Part shown: positions 1 through 8,968 of the stretch, in pieces
Numbering within the stretch: position 1 is the stretch's first letter
Layout of the letters: the number at the start of each line of letters is the position of its first letter
Assembly: GCA_016926735.1 (NCBI GenBank)
Contig: JAFGOA010000167.1
Location: 1-12,129 of the forward strand
Direction: 5' to 3'
Source of the DNA: Promethearchaeota archaeon
GTDB taxonomy: Archaea > Asgardarchaeota > Lokiarchaeia > Sigyniarchaeales > SOKP01
DNA: 12,129 nucleotides
Made by a program: the position numbers and the translations under genes
Notes under the pieces: model-generated
Database searches by the model: none
What the model was told of the DNA's origin: nothing
Seen by the model: the letters and a program-made list of their open reading frames with translations, nothing else

Positions 1-1
1 T

Positions 2-1777
2 AGCTTCATAATAAGTGGTATTTATTGGACTTATAAATTCCACAGAAGGAGATATTAAATCTTTATCATCAGGTGGTGGTATAAATAGTCCACCATCTGT
101 TATTGTCCAACCATAAGTACTTATAATAGTGGCTCTGGCAGCAGCAGCTGCTCCTGCGCTATATTGTGAGTTTCCCCCATGAAAATCTATCCCAGTTTGC
201 AAAGTCAAAGCTGACCATCCGATTAACAAGCTATTATAATTATCGGTTGATAATGTTATACCATAAAACATTCCAGTCATATTAGTTACACTGGAAACAT
301 CCCAATCTCCTATATCTTGATCAAAATTCTGTGTATAAATAAACATAAAACTCATATTTGTAACACTAGAAACATCCCACCCTCCAATGTCTTGATTGAA
401 AGAGAAGGCATAAACGAACATATAACTCATATCAGTTACACTGGAAACGTCCCAATCACCAATATCTTGATTAAAACTAACCGCCTCATAAAACATCCCT
501 ATCATATCAGTAACATGAGAAACATCCCAATCTCCTATATCTTGATTGAAATACGTTCCTGAGAACATACATGCCATTGTATTAACATTAGATACATCCC
601 AATCTCCTATATCGTGATTGAAAGATAACGTTTCTAAAAACATATAACTCATATCAGTTACACTGGAAACGTCCCAAACGCCTATAGATTGATTGAAAGA
701 ATAAGCTCCACTAAACATATAGCTCATATCTGTAACACTGGAAACGTCCCAATCACCAATATCCTGATTGAATTGATGAGCACCAGCAAACATACCACTC
801 ATATCAGTTACATTGGAAACATCCCAATCACCAATATCCTGATTGAATTGATGAGCACCAGCAAACATACCACTCATATCAGTTACACTGGAAACATACC
901 AATTACCAATATCTAGGTTGAATTGATCAGCACCAGCAAACATATAGCTCATATCTGTAACATTTGAAACATCCCAATCATTCATATCTCCAGAATTACC
1001 AAGATTACTACAATCCCTAAAAGCTTGGTGGAGTGTAGTCGTTCCGGTTAGATCTGGAGTATCAATAGCAGTAATGTAAAGATTAGAGCATCCCCAGAAA
1101 TAATTTCCAGAATTTCCTAATCTTAAATTACTCCATCGTTTAATTTCAAGCAATTTTAATTTATCTCCCTTATTATTAAAGCTCCAACCAGTTAAATTCC
1201 CGATTATACTAATTGTATATACTCCTGCTAAAGTATATGTATGAGTTACTTCTGCTTGATTCCAAGAAGTAATTGTATTCGTGTTTCCATCACCCCAATT
1301 CACGATAAAATTATATATTCCGCTTGATTCTAATGGTAAAACAACTTGATGATTATTACTGGAACCTGAGCTAGTTCTAACTGTATCCCATACTGAGGTA
1401 AAATTCATATATTGTTCAGAAATAATAGTAAATGAAACTGAAGTTGATGCTATATTTCCTGCAGAATCATTTGCCCAAGCAATTATAGTATTCAATCCTT
1501 CACTGAATATGATAAAAATTTCAGTGATATAAGTTACATTTGAACCATCATTTATATTATACCAAATAGTATCGATTGCAATATTATCTGATGCTGAGAT
1601 CTCTAAAAGTTGACTAGCTTCATAATAAGTGGTATTTATTGGGCTTTCAATCTGCACTATTGGAGAAGTTGTATCCTCATTATCAAATTGTGTTATATAA
1701 AAAAACAATCCGATAATTGAACTAAATATAATAACTATTATTAGTATAAAACCTAATAATTTTTGATTTTCTTTCAT
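2..1777 (-). CDS. BspA/DUF285-repeat cell-surface protein with Ig-like and PKD-like domains (3' end lies beyond the window edge)
   Basis: Manual translation from ATG 1777 is stop-free for 592 codons to the left edge. Order: MKENQK plus hydrophobic [22 protein letters not shown]; Ig-like [17 protein letters not shown]...[21 protein letters not shown]; PKD-like [37 protein letters not shown]; ten [25 protein letters not shown] repeats; cap [14 protein letters not shown]...YGWTITDGG. Confidence 0.93.
   Translation of the reverse strand, partial: MKENQKLLGFILIIVIIFSSIIGLFFYITQFDNEDTTSPIVQIESPINTTYYEASQLLEISASDNIAIDTIWYNINDGSNVTYITEIFIIFSEGLNTIIAWANDSAGNIASTSVSFTIISEQYMNFTSVWDTVRTSSGSSNNHQVVLPLESSGIYNFIVNWGDGNTNTITSWNQAEVTHTYTLAGVYTISIIGNLTGWSFNNKGDKLKLLEIKRWSNLRLGNSGNYFWGCSNLYITAIDTPDLTGTTTLHQAFRDCSNLGNSGDMNDWDVSNVTDMSYMFAGADQFNLDIGNWYVSSVTDMSGMFAGAHQFNQDIGDWDVSNVTDMSGMFAGAHQFNQDIGDWDVSSVTDMSYMFSGAYSFNQSIGVWDVSSVTDMSYMFLETLSFNHDIGDWDVSNVNTMACMFSGTYFNQDIGDWDVSHVTDMIGMFYEAVSFNQDIGDWDVSSVTDMSYMFVYAFSFNQDIGGWDVSSVTNMSFMFIYTQNFDQDIGDWDVSSVTNMTGMFYGITLSTDNYNSLLIGWSALTLQTGIDFHGGNSQYSAGAAAAARATIISTYGWTITDGGLFIPPPDDKDLISPSVEFISPINTTYYEA
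265..985 (-). repeat. Ten tandem coding repeats of about 75 bp (DUF285/BspA-type LRR-like, 25 aa; one unit is 24 aa)
   Basis: The Trp codons of W[DY]VS run from 974-976 to 302-304, a distance of 672 nt = 8x75 + 72. Positions 747-812 are identical to 822-887. Confidence 0.95.
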
Positions 1778-1826
1778 AGTAATTACTTTTTTTGTAAAAT
1801 ATTCTTAATTTTCAAAATTGGATTTC

Positions 1827-1839
1827 TATATAAAGGTTT
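1827..1839 (-). promoter_or_regulatory. Putative archaeal BRE/TATA promoter of the BspA-like gene
   Basis: The minus strand reads AAACC-TTTATATA about 50 nt upstream of ATG 1777. Confidence 0.55.
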
Positions 1840-2071
1840 GAGGTGTAGTTTTCAAACTATTTTTTTTCTATGAAAAGTAAATAAATTTAAATTGAAAATG
1901 GATGCAAAATAACTGTTTTTTTAAAAAGGACTTATAATTGATTAAATAGAGTTTTTATAATAGATAAATTTTACTAATGAAAACATGGAGAACTCGACTA
2001 TATGTTACAATAATCTCGTTATAGTAGACTTAGGCTCTGTACACATACTCTAGCTTTACAGAGATTAACTT

Positions 2072-2143
2072 TGGAGTCGGGGGGAATCGAACCCCCGATC
2101 TCTTCCATGCCAAGGAAGCGATATTCCACTAATCCACGACCCC
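2072..2143 (-). tRNA. tRNA-Ala (GGC), intronless, CCA not encoded
   Basis: Reverse complement: GGGGTCGTGGATTAGTGGAATATCGCTTCCTTGGCATGGAAGAGATCGGGGGTTCGATTCCCCCCGACTCCA. Acceptor stem GGGGTCG/CGACTCC carries the G3:U70 alanine determinant. Anticodon arm is CTTCC-TTGGCAT-GGAAG, T-loop is TTCGATT, discriminator is A. Confidence 0.97.
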
Positions 2144-2383
2144 ATTTTTAGAAGAAAGAGTATGTTATATATTTAGGGTTTTATGTTAAATATTTAAAAT
2201 ATATTATACTAAATATATTCTTTTTAAAAAAATTATTGATCAGGCTTTTTTTTTCCCTAAGACAACATTATTTTTTCCTTATAGTTATAAAGAAAATATT
2301 TAATAAAATCTGGAGATTTATACAATAAGAAATCTTTAGATTTTTAAATAAATAAAAAATAAATAATATTTAAGAAGAAAAAT

Positions 2384-5300
2384 ATGAAATATTCAAAAAT
2401 TGTAGCAAAAATATTTTTTTTATTGATACTTTTAATCCAAATAGCATTTCCAATAATTATAGCTAATAATTCAGCAGCAGCACCTAAAAAAATAAAATAT
2501 CTAGATCCTGTGAATATTGATTTTAATCTTAAAAATCAATTGACTAATGAAAATTTAGTAGAAACAGATTTTCTTATCGCTGAAGATTCGGTTTTTGATA
2601 CGGATCTAAGAGAATACTTGATCAATTTAAAAACAAATGTGTTCGAACATAATAACACTATTAATATAATAATAGAATTTAAGCAACAATTATCTCAGGA
2701 AAAACGATTGGAACTTTTAAATTCTATATTTATTTCATATGAAGTTATAAATAACTATAACTTGATTAATGGTATTCAAATAAAAATACATATAAAACAT
2801 CTTATTGACAAGGAATCGGTTATTTTAAAAACCACTGATATAAATAAAATATATAAATCTAAAACATATACAACACCTGTAATAACAAATGATAAATTAA
2901 AAGATAGTAATTTAGATAAAAATACATATCCTAATTGGTGGATACCAGCAATAGGTGCAGATAACGTAGAATATGATGGTACGGGAGTAAAAGTAGCTGT
3001 TCTTGATACAGGTATTTTTAATCATCCAGATTTAAATATAATAAATAATAGTCGATTCATAGCAGAAAATGAACTAACAGATATAAATGGACATGGAACT
3101 CATGTAGCAGGAATAATAGGAAGCAATGGTGATTCCTCAGGCAATCTTTATAGAGGTGTGGCTCCAGGAGTATCTTTGATTGATGCTCATGTAGGAAATA
3201 TGAGTGGAAGCATTGATGATTTTGATGTGATAGACGCTATAGAATGGGCAGCAAATCCAGCCAAAGCAGGAGCAGATATAATCTCAATGAGTTTTGGAGG
3301 ATCTTTATTTGAAGAAAATATCTTGCTTAACCAAGCTATATCTAATGCTAAAAAGAATTATGGTACTATTTTTGTGGTATCAGCAGGTAATTCAGGACCA
3401 GAATATTATACGGGTTCTCCACCAGCGACATTTATTGATACTATTAGTGTTGGAGCCACAAATGAAACGAATGGATTAGCATCATTTAGTAGTTGGGGAC
3501 CTTCCTTAAGTTATTTAGGCTATCCTGATATTGTAGCTCCAGGAGTGAATATTATATCAACTTCAGCTACAAATTCTTTAATAGAAAAAGAAAAAAAGCT
3601 TATTGGAGATTTTTTTGATTTTTCTGGAGCAGCGGATTATGTTCCATTAAGTGGTACTAGCATGTCATGTCCAATAGTATCTGGAGCTATTGCCATTCTT
3701 AAAGAAGCTTTTCCATCAATTACACCAGAAACAGCTAGAATAGCACTTCAAGAAGGTGCAAACAAGCTTTCTCAATTAGATAATAATGATTTTTTAAAAT
3801 ATGGAGCAGGATTAATTAATATATCAGCATCAATCCAATATCTTAAACATATAAATGCGACACAATCAGATATAAATAATGTTACAAGAGTTTTTCCCGA
3901 TTTATTACCAGTAAAACCTTATGATTTACTCCATTTTCCAGGAGATTCACAAATATTTAATTTATCTATAATATCAGGGAGAGAAAATACAATTGATATT
4001 GAAATTCCAAATAATATTGAAGGAATATCTATTAACTCAACCTATGACAAGATATTCTTTTCTGAATCAGGAATAAATTTTACAGAAATTAAAATTGAAA
4101 TCGAAAACAATGTTGAAATTGGAATAAAAGATTTTCAAATTAATATTACAATAAATGGAAAGATTTCAGATACACTTTATATAACCCTTGATATAAGACT
4201 ACCCCAAAAGAAAATTTTAATGGAATCTTTTCATGGATTAAATGATTGGTTAAATCCTGATTATTCATTTCCACAAATAGGTTTCTATCAGGTTATAAAG
4301 GATTTAGCAATGAAAAATATTTCTACTGATTATTTTATGGAATATTGGCAACCATATTACAATAAATCATCAGATAATTTATTATTATCAGAGCAATACC
4401 TATTTCAATATGATTTAGTTGTGCTTCAGAATCCAATTCTTCCTTATAGTTCATTAGAAATAAATGCTCTTAAAAATTATTTTGAAATGGGGGGAAATAT
4501 ACTATTTTTAGGTACAACATACGAAAAAATGTGTGTGGATAATATAAATTTACTCTTTTCAGAATTAGGAGTAGACACCGAAATTGCTAAAGAAAATATA
4601 ATTGATGAAGAATATGTTGGATTAGGTTCGATAATACACTCAATTCCCGCAATCCCTATCAATAATGAAAATATTTTTGAGAATGTTGACAAATTTCTTT
4701 GGTATTATGGTAACACATTTGAAGTAACTGGAGAAGCAGAATCAATTGCGCTAATTAATAATTTATCTGTTTCGACATTATATGATGGAGACTCTCAAGA
4801 AAAAGGACGTTTCTTAAGTTTTGGAGATCTACATTGGCTTTATTATGATTATTCAGAAGAATCTGAGAATTATAAACAGAATCATGAAATTCTACTTGAT
4901 AATATAATGAATTATTTTTTTAATAATTCAGAAATATCAATAACTACTAATTTAAACTCGATCTGTTCTGAAAATGAATTATTAAATATGTCCATTTATT
5001 TAATAAATCAGACATCAAGAATCCCTTTGGAGAGTAGTATTTTAAATTCAGATCTTAGAGTAACGATTAAAAATGATACCTTTTCACAAGAAATTAAATT
5101 CTCATCAATTACAAATGGAGTAGCATATAACGATTCATATAAAATACCTTACGCCAGTAATATTCTATATAATATTAAAGTAAGTCTTTCTATCGATACC
5201 AAAACATACAATAGAACTTTTAAAATCCTATATTATAATTCAAATTTAATACCTCAAATCATATCTTTAGAGACAGATCCTCAGAACTATGTAAATAAAG

Positions 5301-6316
5301 GGAGTATTATGAATATAACAGCAACCCTATCTGAAGAAAATTATAATGATTTTAATGCTTATTTATCATATTATGCTTATGGATTTCATAATAGAAAAGA
5401 AACTCAAAATTATACAGCTCTGTTGTCACAATATATTCCAAAAGTATATATGAATTCAATTAATATTCCCACAACCAGTTCTGGTTTTGGTATATTTTAT
5501 ATTGAACCTATGAATGGGAATTTCAGTTCTTTTTATTCTCCAAGAGTATTTTTCAGAATAAGAAATTCGGCACCAACTATTAGTCAATTACAATCTTCTT
5601 TTAAAATAGGAGATGGTAGAAGTATATCTTTCTCAGATATAATTTATGGAAATTCTATCTTATTACAGCAAGCTACTCAAGGAGATTCAATATCTTTCCG
5701 AATTGTTGCTTATGATACAGGAGGTTATAGTGATTCTCAATCAGATTTTCGTGTTTCCGTAAATTATTTCATGGCTGCAGTTAATGGATCTAGATCAATA
5801 TGGCCATTAATTCCAAGTAAATTTATTACTTCTGAATTGACATATGACTCAGGAGCGCATATAGGCTCATTAAGAATACCTAATTCAATAGATTTTGATA
5901 CAATTTCGGGAGAAAAATCGATTTCAACAGCACCCTCAGATCAACCATCTAATTATATAAGCATACTCTATATTAATGTACTTGATAAGGAAGGAGCAAG
6001 TACGAATGATCCATTTATAATTGCTTTTTTGATTAAACCTGCTGAGACAATGATCATGGCAATTATCATTATTGCAATTATAGCGGGTGTCTTTGCATTC
6101 GCAATTGTTATATATTTATTGAGAAGAAAGAGATTAATGCCAGAGCGAACGGGTTATCAACAATATGAAAATTTTGAAAATCCCTATATAGATGAGAAAA
6201 CAGCACAAGAGTTTGGAGAAATAAAGGATATAAAATTTTGTCCTTTCTGTGGATCTAAGGTTGGTGATTCTAGTATCTACTGTGGGAATTGCGGAAAAAA
6301 ATTTGAATTTGAATAA
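2384..6316 (+). CDS. Membrane-anchored S8 subtilisin-like serine protease, site-1-protease-like architecture, C-terminal zinc ribbon
   Basis: Signal peptide and propeptide; catalytic motifs VAVLDTG, HGTHVAG, AGNSG and GTSMSCP; GIFT/GATase-like segment YDLVVLQNP...EINALKNYFEMGGNILFLG; TM helix IMAIIIIAIIAGVFAFAIVIYLL-RRKR; CPFC-x10-CGNC at the C-terminus. Confidence 0.93.
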   Translation: MKYSKIVAKIFFLLILLIQIAFPIIIANNSAAAPKKIKYLDPVNIDFNLKNQLTNENLVETDFLIAEDSVFDTDLREYLINLKTNVFEHNNTINIIIEFKQQLSQEKRLELLNSIFISYEVINNYNLINGIQIKIHIKHLIDKESVILKTTDINKIYKSKTYTTPVITNDKLKDSNLDKNTYPNWWIPAIGADNVEYDGTGVKVAVLDTGIFNHPDLNIINNSRFIAENELTDINGHGTHVAGIIGSNGDSSGNLYRGVAPGVSLIDAHVGNMSGSIDDFDVIDAIEWAANPAKAGADIISMSFGGSLFEENILLNQAISNAKKNYGTIFVVSAGNSGPEYYTGSPPATFIDTISVGATNETNGLASFSSWGPSLSYLGYPDIVAPGVNIISTSATNSLIEKEKKLIGDFFDFSGAADYVPLSGTSMSCPIVSGAIAILKEAFPSITPETARIALQEGANKLSQLDNNDFLKYGAGLINISASIQYLKHINATQSDINNVTRVFPDLLPVKPYDLLHFPGDSQIFNLSIISGRENTIDIEIPNNIEGISINSTYDKIFFSESGINFTEIKIEIENNVEIGIKDFQINITINGKISDTLYITLDIRLPQKKILMESFHGLNDWLNPDYSFPQIGFYQVIKDLAMKNISTDYFMEYWQPYYNKSSDNLLLSEQYLFQYDLVVLQNPILPYSSLEINALKNYFEMGGNILFLGTTYEKMCVDNINLLFSELGVDTEIAKENIIDEEYVGLGSIIHSIPAIPINNENIFENVDKFLWYYGNTFEVTGEAESIALINNLSVSTLYDGDSQEKGRFLSFGDLHWLYYDYSEESENYKQNHEILLDNIMNYFFNNSEISITTNLNSICSENELLNMSIYLINQTSRIPLESSILNSDLRVTIKNDTFSQEIKFSSITNGVAYNDSYKIPYASNILYNIKVSLSIDTKTYNRTFKILYYNSNLIPQIISLETDPQNYVNKGSIMNITATLSEENYNDFNAYLSYYAYGFHNRKETQNYTALLSQYIPKVYMNSINIPTTSSGFGIFYIEPMNGNFSSFYSPRVFFRIRNSAPTISQLQSSFKIGDGRSISFSDIIYGNSILLQQATQGDSISFRIVAYDTGGYSDSQSDFRVSVNYFMAAVNGSRSIWPLIPSKFITSELTYDSGAHIGSLRIPNSIDFDTISGEKSISTAPSDQPSNYISILYINVLDKEGASTNDPFIIAFLIKPAETMIMAIIIIAIIAGVFAFAIVIYLLRRKRLMPERTGYQQYENFENPYIDEKTAQEFGEIKDIKFCPFCGSKVGDSSIYCGNCGKKFEFE

Positions 6317-6318
6317 AA

Positions 6319-6339
6319 TTTATTTCTTTTTTTTTTTTT
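6319..6339 (+). terminator. Oligo-T archaeal-type terminator
   Basis: A T13 run at 6327-6339 follows the protease stop codon. Confidence 0.55.
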
Positions 6340-6476
6340 GAAACTTATTACTATTTATAAATAATTTGAAATCAATTAAATTAGTAAAAAAATTATAGAT
6401 TCAATAATAAAATAAAAATAATAAAAAAATAAGCTATTTTTTTCTACGTCATTATCCTCTTTCAAGTGATTGTTAA

Positions 6477-7514
6477 ATGTCAACTTTTCACAAAATATAT
6501 TATAGATCATCCAATAATATGGAAAAAATCGATGATAATTCAATTGCATTAGTAATTACTTCTCCTCCATATCCAATGATAGAAATGTGGGATAAAATTT
6601 TTTCTGAGCAAAATTCTGAAATTGGTCTAGCAATTGAAGAAGGGGAGGGTGATAAAGCATTTAAATTAATGCATGCTGAATTATATAAAGTTTGGAAAGA
6701 GATAAAAAGAATTTTAATAATTGGAGGTATAGTCTGTATAAACATAGGAGATGCTACTAGAACTATTAATAAAAATTTCCAATTATTTCCTTCGCATGCA
6801 ACGATTATCAATCAATTCCTGCATTTAGGTTTTCAATCTTTACCTGAAATTATATGGAGAAAACAAACGAATGCTCCTAATAAATTCATGGGTTCTGGAA
6901 TGATGCCACCTGGAGCGTATGTTACTTTAGAACATGAATTCATCTTATTATTCAGAAAAGGACATAAGAGGAGCTTTCCAAATGAAATATTAAAAGAGAA
7001 AAGAAAGGAGAGTTCTTATTTTTGGGAAGAACGAAATCTATGGTTTTCTGATCTATGGTCTGATTTAAAAGGAGTAAATCAAAGAATAAAAAAAGAAAAT
7101 ATTAGAAAAAGAAGTGCAGCATATCCATTTGAATTAGCTTATCGTCTAATCAATATGTTCTCAATTAAAGAAGATATAGTTCTTGATCCCTTCTTAGGAA
7201 CAGGAACAACGTTATTTGCTGCTATGACCTCAGAAAGAAATAGTATTGGTTATGAAACAGATTCGAAATTCAAGCCTTTAATTGAAGAAGGGATTAAATC
7301 TCTAAAAAATTTCGCTAATAATTATGTTGATAAGAGAATTAAATCTCATCTTAATTTTATCGATAAAAGAAATAAAATAAAAGATTTTAATAAATATTAT
7401 AATAAACAGTATGGATTTCCAGTTATTACAAATCAAGAAAAATTAATTAAGATTCCAAAGATAAAAGAAATAAAAACCAATAATAATAGTGAATATGAAG
7501 TATTTTATGATTAA
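6477..7514 (+). CDS. Beta-class N4-cytosine DNA methyltransferase, M.MthZI/Zim-like (probably CTAG)
   Basis: N-terminal catalytic TSPPY precedes the C-terminal SAM-binding DPFLGTGTT. Blocks KFMGSGMMPPGAYVTLEHE, YFWEERNLWFSDLW and AAYPFELAYRLINM match my recollection of M.MthZI. The CTAG specificity is inferred. Confidence 0.9.
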   Translation: MSTFHKIYYRSSNNMEKIDDNSIALVITSPPYPMIEMWDKIFSEQNSEIGLAIEEGEGDKAFKLMHAELYKVWKEIKRILIIGGIVCINIGDATRTINKNFQLFPSHATIINQFLHLGFQSLPEIIWRKQTNAPNKFMGSGMMPPGAYVTLEHEFILLFRKGHKRSFPNEILKEKRKESSYFWEERNLWFSDLWSDLKGVNQRIKKENIRKRSAAYPFELAYRLINMFSIKEDIVLDPFLGTGTTLFAAMTSERNSIGYETDSKFKPLIEEGIKSLKNFANNYVDKRIKSHLNFIDKRNKIKDFNKYYNKQYGFPVITNQEKLIKIPKIKEIKTNNNSEYEVFYD

Positions 7515-7604
7515 GTATTTTAAATAATCGAGGAAAATCTAAAGAATAGTATAAAATTTAATGAAAATTAAAAAGATAATGTATATAATAATCTAAATTT
7601 TGGT

Positions 7605-8318
7605 TTATATTTTTATAATAGTCCCGTCTTTTTGTCCAATATATGCATTTGATGCCATTTTCACAAATAATCCTGTATCCACAACACCAGGTATTTGAAT
7701 TATCTTTTGATCTAGTTCTTGTGGATTTTGTATTATTCCAAAATCTACATCTAAAATAAAATTACTATTATCTGTTATAAGGGGTCCTGCTTTCATTTTA
7801 GCCATTCTTAAGATAGGTTTCCCTCCTAAGGAGGTTAATTTTTTCATAATAGGTATATACGCTATTGGTATTACTTCTATAGGTACTCCTTTTTTCCATT
7901 GTTCCCCAAGAAAATTAGATTTTTTTCTATAATCTGCAATGATTATAATTTTTCTTGAATTAGAAGCAATAATTTTCTCTTGAACTAAACATCCTCCACC
8001 TCCTTTAATTAGGTTCAGATCTTTATCGATTTCATCTGCACCATCAATATCCAGATCAATTTCAGGGTATTGATCAAGAGATACAAGTGTTAAACTATTT
8101 TCTATTATTAATTGATAAGATTGAAAGGATGTAGGAATACATTTGAGATTAAGATTTTTAATTTTATTCATTTTAGCAATTTCTTCAACAGCATATACTA
8201 CAGTTGAACCACTACCAATTCCTAATATCATATTTTTTTCTAAATTATCTTCAATAGCCTTAATTGCAGCATTCTTTTTTCCTAGTTCAATTAATTCATT
8301 TTCTGACATTTTTATCAT
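7605..8318 (-). CDS. rpiA: Ribose-5-phosphate isomerase A (alternative start at 8309)
   Basis: Motifs GIGSGSTV, DGADEID, IKGGGGCLVQEKI, TDNSNFILD and IPGVVDTGLF. Confidence 0.97.
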   Translation of the reverse strand: MIKMSENELIELGKKNAAIKAIEDNLEKNMILGIGSGSTVVYAVEEIAKMNKIKNLNLKCIPTSFQSYQLIIENSLTLVSLDQYPEIDLDIDGADEIDKDLNLIKGGGGCLVQEKIIASNSRKIIIIADYRKKSNFLGEQWKKGVPIEVIPIAYIPIMKKLTSLGGKPILRMAKMKAGPLITDNSNFILDVDFGIIQNPQELDQKIIQIPGVVDTGLFVKMASNAYIGQKDGTIIKI

Positions 8319-8328
8319 TTTTGTTTTT

Positions 8329-8751
8329 CTATTTTTTCATAAGATCTAGTATTCTAATAGCCAAATAAGCCGCATTTTCACCTCTATCAATTCCAACACA
8401 TGCAACTGGAACTTTTGGTGGCATTTGTACTATAGATAATAAGGCATCTAATCCCCCTAATTTTGCACTTACAGGTACGCCAATGACGGGTCTATTTGTT
8501 TTCGAAGCAATTACTCCAGGAAGAGCTGCAGATAATCCTGCAATTGCTATATATACAAGAGCTTTACAATTTTTTATATAATCATCAAGTTTTTTTGGAT
8601 CTCTATGAGCTGAAAGAATTTTAAGTTCATATGATATTTTCTCTTTCTCTAATACATCAATTGTTTTTTTATATACTGATTCATCAGAAGTACTCCCAGC
8701 TAATACAGCTATAACTACATCATTATTATTATTGATATTATTATCACTCAT
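8329..8751 (-). CDS. purE: PurE (AIR carboxylase / N5-CAIR mutase family)
   Basis: Motifs [26 protein letters not shown] and [11 protein letters not shown]. It lies 10-19 nt upstream of rpiA, so the two are probably co-transcribed. It ends in TAG. Confidence 0.95.
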   Translation of the reverse strand: MSDNNINNNNDVVIAVLAGSTSDESVYKKTIDVLEKEKISYELKILSAHRDPKKLDDYIKNCKALVYIAIAGLSAALPGVIASKTNRPVIGVPVSAKLGGLDALLSIVQMPPKVPVACVGIDRGENAAYLAIRILDLMKK

Positions 8752-8904
8752 AATTATTCTAGTCTTATAAGTATAATAAGGATTTTATTATTAACTATCA
8801 ATTAAGATGGTAATTCTTTTTATCATCAAAAATCACTAAAGAGACCAATTTTATTGAAATATCATTATTATTTTTAAAATTAATTTATTTCCAAAAATTA
8901 ATGT

Positions 8905-8920
8905 AATAAAGATTTATATA
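8905..8920 (+). promoter_or_regulatory. Putative BRE/TATA promoter for the gene at 8969
   Basis: Purine-rich AATAAAGA is followed by TTTATATA (8913-8920), about 48 nt before ATG 8969. Confidence 0.5.
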
Positions 8921-8968
8921 CCTATGATTATTAAATATATTATTCACATAATCTAATTGATAAATTAT

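Noticed and set aside
317-916. Plus-strand ORFs 317..562 and 689..916
   Set aside because: They are antisense shadows of the DUF285 repeats encoded on the minus strand.
265-985. The 75-bp periodic array as a CRISPR array or DGR template/variable pair
   Set aside because: The units are in-frame protein repeats with synonymous variation and no unique spacers, and no cas or reverse transcriptase gene is present in the window.
3294-4692. ORFs 3294..3479 (+) and 4477..4692 (-)
   Set aside because: They are nested in or antisense to the well-supported protease gene and show no recognisable motifs.
8719-8743. AAT-rich microsatellite at the purE N-terminus (DNNINNNND)
   Set aside because: It is a short, imperfect, in-frame low-complexity run expected in an AT-rich genome, with no sign of phase variation.
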